Source of the DNA: Epithemia pelagica
Taxonomy: Eukaryota > Protista > Bacillariophyta
Length of the DNA: 64,000 nt
Direction of reading: 5' to 3'
NCBI GenBank assembly: GCA_946965045.2
Contig: OX337231.1
Coordinates: 1,054,001 to 1,118,000 of the forward strand
In this document: positions 44,496-55,483 of the stretch, piece after piece
Numbering within the stretch: position 1 is the stretch's first letter
How the letters are laid out: the number at the start of each line of letters is the position of its first letter
Position numbers and translations under genes: made by a program
Notes under the pieces: generated by a model
Database searches by the model: none
What the model was told of the DNA's origin: nothing
What the model saw: only the letters and a program-made list of their open reading frames with translations

Positions 44496-46899
44496 TGATG
44501 GTGTTATTGAAATTCTTTGCTAGATACATCAGCTGGTTTGTCGAAAAATTCGTCGAGGTTATTTGGCTACGGTAAGTGCTGACATCGTGTGTCTTTTACC
44601 TATACAAAACATCGTCAGTCTCACATATACCTTTGATCTCTGCTTGTATTGTCTTTGCAAAGATATTGGTATAGTTGTTTCTAGTATATCGCGCAATCAT
44701 AGCTACGGTATTGACGAGAAGATTTTCAAATTTTTTGTTAGTTCGTTATTTTTCGATGCTGTTATATTTTTTAAATCATTGGGAACTGATTTTGATGTGG
44801 ACATGAACGACTACTTGGTTACGCCGTGGTTACCAGGTTGTTTAACCCTGCCAAGATCTCAAAATTTATTCGGTACAATGCTGATTTTTTGATTGAATTT
44901 CCGAACTTGCAGTAAAAAGCACTTTTTCCTAGGACGTTCGTGGAATCGGTGCAAATGGATTGGAGTGATTCAGTATGAAAAAAGCATGATTATTAATTAT
45001 ATCTTTTATTCTTCTGTCTCTTGATTTCCAATATTTGAAATCCGTGTATTCTCTTCTGTCCAAGGGCGTAGCATCATCCTTGCACTTATACTCATCAAAT
45101 GTTCTGCGACAGCTGGATGGCGTTATTGTTTGGTGCAATTGCCTGCTGTCGTCAAAGCTTGGTAGCACTTGTTGGTGTTGATAGTGATAGAAGACTATCT
45201 CTCTCTCTGATTGGTTGTCGCTGGCAGGCTTGCTGCCAGGAGCCAACCAAAAGAGAATGCTGAGATGTAGAAACACTATCTCTAGCGTGTAGACCAAGGG
45301 AGGGAGATGTGGGAGCAACAAAAACAACAAGCGTCTTGATGGTTGCAAAGTTTCAAAAGCATTGAGCCTTTGTTGCTTTCTCCCTTTCTCTATCGCCAAA
45401 GTCTATGTACTCTTTAGGTTTGGTCTCCTAGACAAAGCTGAGTGTATCAACAAGACTAGTGACAATATCATTCTCATACCACAATCGCCACGATTGTAAA
45501 TCCACCAAATTTTCCATTCTTGTACAAATGATAGCAATAGTACGTTGGCCCCCACATTGTTTGTGGGTCACCGTGATCCAAGTGACATCGGGCAGTGTCG
45601 GACGAGTCCAACCCGAAGGCAGGCGTAAAAGCACAGTCCAATCTAGTTGTAATGTTGCGAGGTAAGAAAAATCAGGGTCGCCTTCCAGGAGGACAGCCGA
45701 TATAAGATCTCGACCCAGTACCATGTCAATACTGGGGGCCAAAAATAACTTTTCCTTGCCTCTTCAAAACTCTTCCCGGATAACTTTTCCTTTGCTGTCC
45801 AAAGCTCTTCACATGGACAAATCAGTGGATTGTTCCATTCTTGAAACAACGAAGAATCAAGCCTTCTTAGATATCCAGATGCAGTATACAGCTTCTTGAA
45901 ACTTGCAAATTTCTGCTTCTGAACCCCCAGATGTTAACTGTAACACGAAGGAATAATTGGGCAACTTCTCCCATTTTTTATCTAGCTGGGGCCGGAGAAG
46001 AGGAGGTGGTGAGATGCTCATTGGGGAGAGCGGCAATGAATGACGGAAGACACATGATTACTTCGTGAGTGGTGAAGGGGCGGAAACTGTAGTTGACAAG
46101 TCGGGACTGGGCCGCGGAGGTTAAAAAGAAAGAGAAGGTATGTTTGGCGAGAGTCAGGGAACGGGCGTTCACGATGCTGGAACATAGTGGGGTTGCATTC
46201 GAGTAATGTGTTCTTTTTGGTGGTGAAGAACGATTGGAATTTTGGTAAACGCAGGTCGCGCTATTCAGACAATGCTGTCTGTACCATGTCATCTAAGGAT
46301 ATTTCAAGTGCTTTGGTGACACTGTTCATGTAACGACAAGTAGTGTGTACATTAAACCTTCCAGTCACCATGTTATGGAGACATCAGTGAATCCAACTAT
46401 AGCAAAAATTTTCTCTCGCAAATAAAACACAATTGAAGCCCAGATGCAAGAAGATGCAGAAGCACCCGTTGATACCACCTCCACAGATTCTACAGATTCC
46501 ATTCGGTTGAACCAATAAATTGATCAAAACTATCGTGAGAAAATATTTCCATGCAAAATGCACGTCATTTGGTGGATCAGAAATTGGCGTTCTTTCCAAA
46601 GCAATGTCAATTGCCAAAATCGTCGACAGTTATAACTGTAACGGTGTTCTTGCTGTCATTCGGAGCAACGAACAAGCAAACAACACTACAGAGATGAACA
46701 GTCTTCTACGGAAAGCAATAAAAGAAAATATTCATATACTTCACAGACAAAATCAGGATCACTTCTCCTGTGTTGAGCACTCAACCATCATTCTCATTTA
46801 CATGGTGCATGATTGGGAGTATGCATTCTGGAATGGAGAGTGCAAGCTGTGTTTTGTGTTTGACTGCTTGGGTGGGGACTCTAACAATGATGGACCCCT

Positions 46900-47330
46900 C
46901 CTTGTCCTCCAAAATTTGGTTTCCCAACCACCAAGATGCTGGATTATGCTTCCCCCCCCCACCAACCAGCTCACTTTTTTCCTAACCCTAGTGGTAGAAA
47001 TTGTGAATCTTTCAACCACCACCCAGGTAATGGGTAAATCAAACTTTTACACATCTCTTCACGTCTCACGCAGACCCTGACACACTCAATTATGACAAGG
47101 CCATGAATGACAAAGATCTAGTTAAATGGCAAGCTGCAGCTAGCAAAGAAATTCGGGAAGTGAAGGAAAACAGCACGAAGCAACTATGCCAATTTTGCCC
47201 GACACCTGTGTCTTTAAACCTAAAAGAAACCCAGATGGAGAGATTTATTGCGTTCGATGTGATCTCCAAGAGTCAGAACAAGAAAACTACTCACCTGTCA
47301 TGAACTGGAGCAGTATTTGTATTATGCTTA
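46900..47330 (+). pseudogene. Decayed copia INT-RT junction fragment
   Basis: KWQAAASKEI, ILPDTCVFKPKRNPDGEI, YCVRCDLQE..YSPVMNWSSI; homologous to RT of element 3. Confidence 0.75.
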
Positions 47331-49521
47331 CCCTTTTTTGGGTGGATGGACCAGCATGGATTTGGTCGTCGCGGTGGTGGTGTTGGTGTTTTTTTTGTAC
47401 TTTAGGCGTATTGAAAAAACGATTCCCGCCATTCGAGCATGGGAGCCAAAATGATCACAGCCGTGTCCAGCAATTTCTCATACACCCATTCCTGGACGTG
47501 ATCAATCTCTGTCTGACATTCCCTGGTCCAACAAGCATTTCAACAAGAAATGTAGAATCCAATGTTTGGACAGGACAGCACCCATGACAATGTTCAACAA
47601 TATAAACTACACACCTTGTAGTCGTGTGGAGACACCAAGGAGTTGGGTGTCGGAGACTCCTTGGAACCAAGCGGTGGAACTGGATGTAGGAGCAGTAAGG
47701 GTAAACACCAAGGATGATCGTGATGTTGGTCATGGTGGAGGCCGGTTTGGTTTTAAAACTATTGGAAGGGCGTGGACTGGGGACTGTGTCCAGATTCTGA
47801 ATTACGTGTTGCCTCATCCGAACAAGGTAGGGACCTGCTTGGTGCAGTAGCTCATGTTACATAGGCACGGTACATGTTTGAACCGATAGTTGACAACTTG
47901 TCCAACAAGGTTTCAGTATTGTGGAAGTGGATAGACAGTGATGACGCGATCAACAGATGTTTGCGCCATTTAATGGAAAATAATTAAGTTTGTAGAGGAT
48001 GGTTAGTTTTTAGGGAAGGGACATGCTCGTCCGGCAGGAGGAAGGATTGCAGCAATAGTCAAGCAAATCAAAGAATGTGATGTCATTGTTTGTCAACGTA
48101 CCATCAGACACCGAGTACAAGTGTACCTGTACATACCATTTTTGGAATGTTGCCTTCCAGAGGACCTATGGGGATTTGTCAATCCCATTTTCGGTGCATT
48201 TGGACAATTTGTACAAGATTCCAAAACCAGAGACCTATGGATTGAAACTCACATGAATTTCACGGTACAAAGACTCAACAAGGACCAGCAGAAACTCTTT
48301 CCTAATAGATCCGGGATTCACGACCTGTACAACAACTTCCTACGGATTTATCGGAGTTACTGCAGTTCCTCATCATAAAATGGTACTACTAACGGTTTAC
48401 TACGTATCTCTTACAAGTAATATGGAATGGTTCTTTGGACTTTGATTCATTGCCTTTATTTTCACGCATTGTAATTTCTCTTGGTTTTTTTTTTCCAATT
48501 TCTCTTGGGTGTTTTTATGGGACTTGTCCGAAAAGCTTGCAAACATTCTTCGGGAGGAGGGTTCTGCCCTTTTCTGCCCTTGGATGATTTGCTGGAGGCG
48601 GGAGTTCTTGGTGTTGGTACTTTGTTTTGAATTCACCGCTGAAGTTGCAATCACGGCAACCGATGTGGTAATGGAGACTGACAGGGTTAACTCTTCAAAA
48701 TCCTCAGATATGATGTTCCAGTTGTCAAAGACATAGAGTTTTGGTGCAGAGGATTTGTACAAAACAAGTTTTGGTGCAGAGGATTTGTACAAACAGATGG
48801 TGGCTTTCTCTACTGATTGATGACATCTGTCAGTTTCACGTCAACATCTCGAAAACTTACATCCAACCACTGTTCTCTGTTCTCCGACTCCAGCAAAGGC
48901 AAACCCAATACTTCCTTTTCAATGGAAAACTCTGCTAGTATGAACAAAGAAAACTGAAAAGCATGTGAGTAAGCAGAAATTGATTGCACCGCCGACATAA
49001 GAGACTCCAATGTAATTCATCTTCCATGTTGCCTCCCTGTTCTACTGCAACTGAACGAGAACAACAACAACAAGTAGGTCAACAACAACAATAAACTGCA
49101 TTGGTTCCACAAATGCATACAATCAAGGAGAGGATGAGGGCAGCGCGGTACAGTGGAAAGGAGCAGTCAAAGTCAATGTTAACATGCTAACATCTTCTTT
49201 GACCCAATGACAATGTTAACATCTTCTTTAACCCAACGATTTCCTCACCATCACAAATTCTGGCTACGATGGTTGGCCTCAAGAAGTACTTTCCCCGCTA
49301 TCCCTAAGACCGCGGGAGGTCCAGTGTATCCTTTGGTTCATTTAGGTCACACCAAACTACAAGTGATGAAGCATTCATCCTCCCGGTGCTTGAAGATTTG
49401 TGGGATAAATATCTATGGCATGATTTGGATATATGATGACGTAACAATAGATGGGAAGTTACAACATCGTTGCTATGACAGTGAATGAACTGGCAGTTTG
49501 AACTCTGGCTAGGCCCAAGCG

Positions 49522-49756
49522 ATGGAAGACATTTTTCTTGTGGTCACAAATCAGTTAGGTTGGCGGAATTGTGTTTTCCAAATGCAAACAACGACAAGGA
49601 TGCTAGACGTCTTTGAATCCTACACACAACAACTTGGAGTGGATAGGAACAGTTTGTGATTCCAGCTGAATGGAAACCAGAAACCAAATTCCAAACGACA
49701 GTACGCCCGAAGCCCTACAAATGGTAACACCGTACGAAATTGAATGCACGTTGTAA
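49522..49756 (+). pseudogene. Decayed SUMO/Rad60-SLD-like ubiquitin-fold domain
   Basis: Reading TGA 49657-49659 as Arg and removing the 7-bp duplication gaaacca (49673-49686) gives MEDIFLVVTNQLGWRNCVFQMQTTTRMLDVFESYTQQLGVDRNSLRFQLNGNQIPNDSTPEALQMVTPYEIECTL, which aligns by eye with SUMO. Confidence 0.7.
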
Positions 49757-50069
49757 GTCACTGGTGACTTACTCAGCCTGGACCTTACTCCTACACAAGA
49801 AGTCATTGTTACTGCTGTAAAATGACAAAGTCAAGAGATACCCAATGTGGGAAGAATCATTGAGTGTTTGCCAAATGTTAGTGCAGACGACCTATCTGAC
49901 AAGACGTCTGCACAAAAACCTTGCCAGAAAGGTCAACCTTGAATGCCTCTTTGATAACACAGTACCGGCCTTGATTTGCTGTGTGACTGTTAAAGAGGGG
50001 ATGCCATTGATAATGTTTCTGTCTGGTCTCAAGGAACGTTGGATTTCGAGTGTAAAGAATTGTTGTCAG

Positions 50070-50177
50070 AGTACCTCTGAACCCTCTCAAAGAAACGCAG
50101 TAGTGACGAGAGATTCAAGGTACTAGTACCTCTGAACCCTCTCAAAGAAATGCAGTAGGGCTGAGAGATTCAAGGTA
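50070..50177. repeat. Two-copy 55-bp tandem repeat
   Basis: agtacctctgaaccctctcaaagaaa...gagagattcaaggta occurs twice. Confidence 0.85.
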
Positions 50178-50289
50178 ATGACTCGGATTGCTTTTGACAA
50201 AACAACCAATACACTGGGCGTCCTAAAATTCAACAACATACAGATTTGCAAGTTCTGAAGCATATCAACGAGCTGTTGCAACTATGCTT

Positions 50290-50600
50290 GTTCGATGAGA
50301 AAGAGATTAGTCTGTGGAACAGCTCTATTGGATTCTATTGAAAAACAATAGAGATGCTGAGGAAGAGGGAGCATTTGATAAGGGATTAATTGTGGGAGTA
50401 GCATCACGCACGGACAAGCAGTAGAGGGCAAAAGGAAGAAGAAGAAGGGACCTGTCCAGTATGTCGATGGAGAACCTCTTTGCATACCTCAAGCTGCCAC
50501 TCTCTTGCTGTCTTCCCGTGCCAAGCTTTGAATGTAAGCTTGATAAATCATAAACACTCAACTCAATGATTTGCAAAGTTTGTTTATGATCAATTTCTGA
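50290..50600 (-). pseudogene. Possible Ulp1/SENP (peptidase C48) relic
   Basis: YDLSSLHSKL..LRYAKRFSIDILDRSLLLLPF..LLFFNR and AVPQTN echo the FNSFFYxKL..RWTKxxDIFxKDLIxxPI..ILxFDS..VPQQxN order; the catalytic HW segment is not present. Confidence 0.35.
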
Positions 50601-52513
50601 AGTCTGTTGGTCATAGCTGTGAACACTTTGTTGCTATGAGAGTAGAAAATGCAGTCTCCATGCCACCTCACATTGGCAAATATGCAACGAGAAATCTCAC
50701 TGTAGCGCAATGATCCCAGTCCTGTAGCATGAAACTCCAGTTCCAAGTAGTAGATCTACATCCGCTCGGCGGAGTTGGTCCGCTCGGCGGAGTTGGGAGG
50801 CACGAGGAGGGGCTATTGACTCCTCGGCGGGCAATAGCTCCTCCTCGTGGACTGCCAAATCCGCTTTGACTCCGAGAAGGGCAATAGCCCCGACAAGTGC
50901 CCCCACGACCAGGAGGTGATGTCGCTTGCTTCTATAATCTCCGAGTCCCCCCCCCCCCCCTAATTAACTGTCACACTTTTTCCCAGGACTGTTTTTTTTG
51001 CTCCGCACTACCTTTTTACGAGCTTGTAATCCTCCGCATTTGCTCTCGCCACCGTTGCGGGCAATATAAGGCTATATTAGACGAAAATCCTACTTCCATT
51101 CCGAGGAGCTATAGTAGGATACAACAACGTCAATATTAGTTCAACTCGACACTAAAGTCATTTTGATCTCCCCAACAGACTTCCATTGAAAGGACAACGG
51201 ATACCTACGGCCAAGCAGATTGACCTTGGTGAGTGAAGCAACCACCTTTTCAAAAATTGCTGCAATGACGGTAGACCACCTTTCAAACTTGATCAAGTAA
51301 CTATGCACAAGGATGCCATAGTTTACTTGGAGTGACACCTTGCTTCAAGAGGGCATTAGGGACTATTTCTTGAGCCTCCAAACAGGCAGAATCATCAACC
51401 GCAACAGAGCAACCATCGTGCCAATGCCAGAAGGGGTTGAACAACAAATTAAAGCATTAGCCATTAGTCAAAATGTGGCACCAGGTCTCTGGTAACAGAG
51501 ATTACTGTATCCTGGCTCTTGATTTTGATGGTGAGACAGATAGCCAAGATGACAACTCGTATTGATGATGACCTCCGTGATGATGATTATATTGATGAGG
51601 AGCTTGATGAACCAGATGAAGAGGGCCAACATGTACATTGGGAGAATCCATGTGCGGGGGATGCTATCCTTCAACAAGATGATCTTGATGATGCAGATGA
51701 GATTGAAGTATGAATGCAAGGAGTGGTGGATGAGTCGGATCTTGTGGATGATGGTGATAGTGTGGCTGTTATGCCCCTTATTACTGTCTCAGTATCGGGT
51801 TAGGGTTACCTTGGCCCGAGTGTTGGAGTTGCAGCAAAAAGAGCGGAATGAAGAGTACTTAAGGGCCACATCATTGGGAAAAGATGTGATTATGTAGAGT
51901 AAAGGGAGGTGAGAAGTAGGTGGAGTAGATCGTCAATTTCCTTGGATGTGGTGATTTTTCCATTTTTGTGAAGCACGAGAGGGCCTCTTGATGGCAGCTC
52001 TTCTTACCCACTGCCTGACTTGGAGTCCGCTTGATGTAATGATGACCGAAGCAAGGAGGTGGGTACATTCTATGTGTTCTCCCTTGACCTGACCCCAGAG
52101 TACAATGATGATGGTGTTGTTGTGAGATATAGCATCACTATGTGTGATGATTCTTTCAAGATCGGGAGCAGGGCCTCAGTCCTCCTGGCACTCCAGCATG
52201 GTATATTTCGTAAAATAGGTTCCAACATATCCCAATTACAACTGAATTTACATGGTAGGAGTTGGATGTATGAATGAGAATGCCATGATGGGAATGGTAT
52301 TGGAGAGTAAGTTGGAGTGACAATAACATACTCTTGTCAGTTGCTTTGTGAAAGTGTCTAGTTGGGTGGAACCAATAACAGCTACCATCCTTTGCTGGGC
52401 CCAACTTTCGACATAATTGACCGGATCTTGATTATTAGCGTACATGGAAGCTGTTTCATCAAGATGCACTGCTAGTAGGACACATTTCCTGCAGCCGCCA
52501 ATCGGTGTCAGCC

Positions 52514-52846
52514 TCAAACTTGTTCCACAATTACTCGGGGGTCAAGGAAAATTTTGATACCATCATTGTGAAATACCGGAAAGAAGAACAACTTCAGTGC
52601 CATTTTTTCTTCCCTCGAATCATGTGGCACTTTCTCCGAAGTTGCCATCTTTTCTTCCCTTGAATCATGTGGCACTTTCTCCGAAGACTGTTCATAGCGC
52701 TCATCAATTGCACTCCTGGACACAATATTCATTCTGTATAAGCACTGATTATCATATTCAACAGCATACTTCTGAATAATAGTCTTTCTGATACCCATGT
52801 TACGAATAGGCTTACTCCTATTCGGAAGATACAATATCCTATTCAC
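52514..52846 (-). other. Hypothetical ORF with a 45-bp internal duplication
   Basis: 110 aa; SEKVPHDSREEKMA occurs twice; no family recognised. Confidence 0.3.
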
Positions 52847-53322
52847 ATCAACATGTTCCCTAAACAGATGTTATGTACGTCATAATACCTTATTCAGATT
52901 ATAGAAAAATATTCAGAAGACTCTAATCAGTATGTAGAACACCTATTCAACATTGAATTGTTTAGTCAACAATCCTCGATCTGAATAACGCACCAACCGT
53001 CACTCATTTCTACGGATATTTAATCAACAAGCTTTTGTTGAATAGTAAGAATTTATACAGACACACCCTGTTGAATGCCTTACAACCCAAACTTTCAACC
53101 CAAACTTTCGATAGAGTGTTTATCCAAACTTGAGTGATTTTCACGTTACCACCACACAATATATACATCCCGATCGGCATACAATCAATATAGTATATCC
53201 TATTTCCACAACACCCTTATATCCAATTCGTTCCTATCAACATGTTTCACACCAAATGACCAAATTTAGATTATTTCTTTGACCTACGACTCTGTCGAGT
53301 TTTTGCGACGCCAGTATCTTTA

Positions 53323-53889
53323 TTAGCTGCATTGCGCACAGTATGCAAAGTTGCATGAATCGTCATGCTTTTTGGCATTAGGACAAAGCATTACCGGATT
53401 TTTTGTATTCACCTTGATCCCACTACATTCTGTTCCAAATCTCTTGTTGCAAGTCTTATTTTTACAATACCTGGGCCAGCGTTTGTTGTGTTCATAATAT
53501 GCCTTTGTAAAATAGGATGGCATATCCTGGACTACGAACCACGATAGATTTTTATGTTCCTTACATACCGAATCAATCTGTGACACAAAGAATAATACTT
53601 ATTCACCGGTTGACGTCGAACATCTGTTGTCGACAATGGCCACATCCATCTGGCAATTGTCTTCCTCCGTGTCACTTGGATCACTTTGTTTAATAGCCAA
53701 TGGAGCATCCATGTCCCTGGTATGTTCTTCATACACCTTACCAACCTCATACTCAATAGCGTTTTCCATACCTGGAGAAAATAGAGGCACACTCGAATTG
53801 TCTTCTATGCCATTCTCCACTCCACCATTTCCAGTTTCACCTCCACCAATAGCACTGGTTTCTATTGTCTGTCGTTTCTTTGATGACAT
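53323..53889 (-). pseudogene. Accessory gene ending in a Cys-rich putative zinc finger
   Basis: MSSKKRQ.. acidic N-terminal part and WPRYCKNKTCNKRF..VMLCPNA..CNFAYCAQC share a frame, separated by TAA at 53599-53601 (intron or nonsense mutation). Confidence 0.5.
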
Positions 53890-54034
53890 GGGTGCGTCGG
53901 GTGGCTGCTTCCTTGTTTTTTTGTGCCTTTTTTTTCCATTTTCGCTATCCTAACCAACTTCCTCATCGATATGTGTATACAAAATAGTTAGAAACATATC
54001 ATTCACTGTAACTCCCAATTCTCCAAATAGGAAT

Positions 54035-55188
54035 TTGTGTGTTCTTTCCATATTTTCCTTACAAAGTAATCAGCTCGACGAAAATCGTGAGGAGACCATT
54101 TCATCACATGCATCGAAGTTATGTCATACCCGGCAAGCTTACCTTAGTCAGGCTGCGTCCAACACCTGTTTGATCTTCACTCTCTTGTGTTTTCCAAGTC
54201 ACCACATAATACATCTCTTTTGAAGTGAACCAAAATTTTTCATATTGGTTCTCTTGAGACTGTCCTTCTGTCAACGAGATACTCAATCCCGCTTTCTTCA
54301 ACATAGGGATCATAAGACCTCCGACTGTTTGTGATTTGGCGGAGCTCCAACAGCCAAAAATCCACCCCTGTCTGTCACGCTATTCCGTGTCCTCTTTTGG
54401 TTCGCGTTGTACTTGGGCTTTGTCTGTTTGAGGAGATACATTTTGTTCTCCCACAGCCACCCATCAATCACTGTCGACAACCAAGATCTGTCACGATGAA
54501 AACAATGATGTACCAACTAGTGGACAAATTCCCTGTTTGCGTCATTTAATTCCAAGTGGATAAAAATATCCCGTTAATCCACCAGATGGACAGGAGAAGC
54601 CGATCGCCCACGCATCGAAAGATCCTTTTCACGGGCAACTTCACAAATTCCTTTCTTGAATTCGTTAAGCACATCTGTTCGTAAACTTTCCCTTGTAGCT
54701 TGAATTTCTTCCAGCATCTTCGCGCCGTCCGGTATGCTTCGATCACTCAATCCATCCGTTTGTCTGTTCTTCCTGTTGCAACCTGTCAGTGGATGGAAGT
54801 AATCATTCGGATAAGGCAAAAAGTCGGCGGGGTACATGCATGCCTGTTGATTAACATCGTTGGGTAGGGTCCCAGTAGCTGCTTGCAAATTTCGCGTTGG
54901 TGCACCATTCTGCTGTGCATTGTTACGCACAGATTGCGCTAGTCCCTGTCGAGGCAGTCCGTTGGTAACTGTTGGCACACTTCGGTCCATCGTCGTCCAA
55001 CCTCTTTTGCTCACCGTTGTGATACTGATTAAGAAGGGGATAGGTTTTCTCGTACTACATCCTAGACATACAAAAAAGAGGCGTGATTGACTGCCTCGCT
55101 GACAGGCGTTTCTGTGACCATTCCGGATACCAATTACACAAATAATTACAGATATATTACCTGCATGTCTGTGGATTGAATGGTTCAC
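54035..55188 (-). pseudogene. Fragmented accessory ORF(s) divergent from the CMC-like transposase
   Basis: Coding-like segments MDRSVPTV..LEEIQATRESLRTDVLNEFKK and IPMLKKAGLSISL..EKFWFTSKEMYY in different frames. Confidence 0.4.
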
Positions 55189-55483
55189 GGCTTCCAGCGG
55201 CTAAGTTGACTTTTGTGGTTTGATTCTCGTTGTCTTAACGCTCAAGCGCGGAAGTGAATCACGAGTCACAATCAAACAGGAATTGAATCTTGGGTGTCAT
55301 TCGATGATCGTGATCCAGTTCATCACCAGATCACGATCAGAAGTGGTCGCACATCCTAGAAAATGAGGTGCACCCAAAATGGCAACGAAAAAATGGAGGA
55401 GGTGCGCCCTCTTTCTTGTCATTGTCATCAGATGAGAAGTTTGTTCCTTGCTCATCGATCAAACCAACGATCAAATCTAAATT

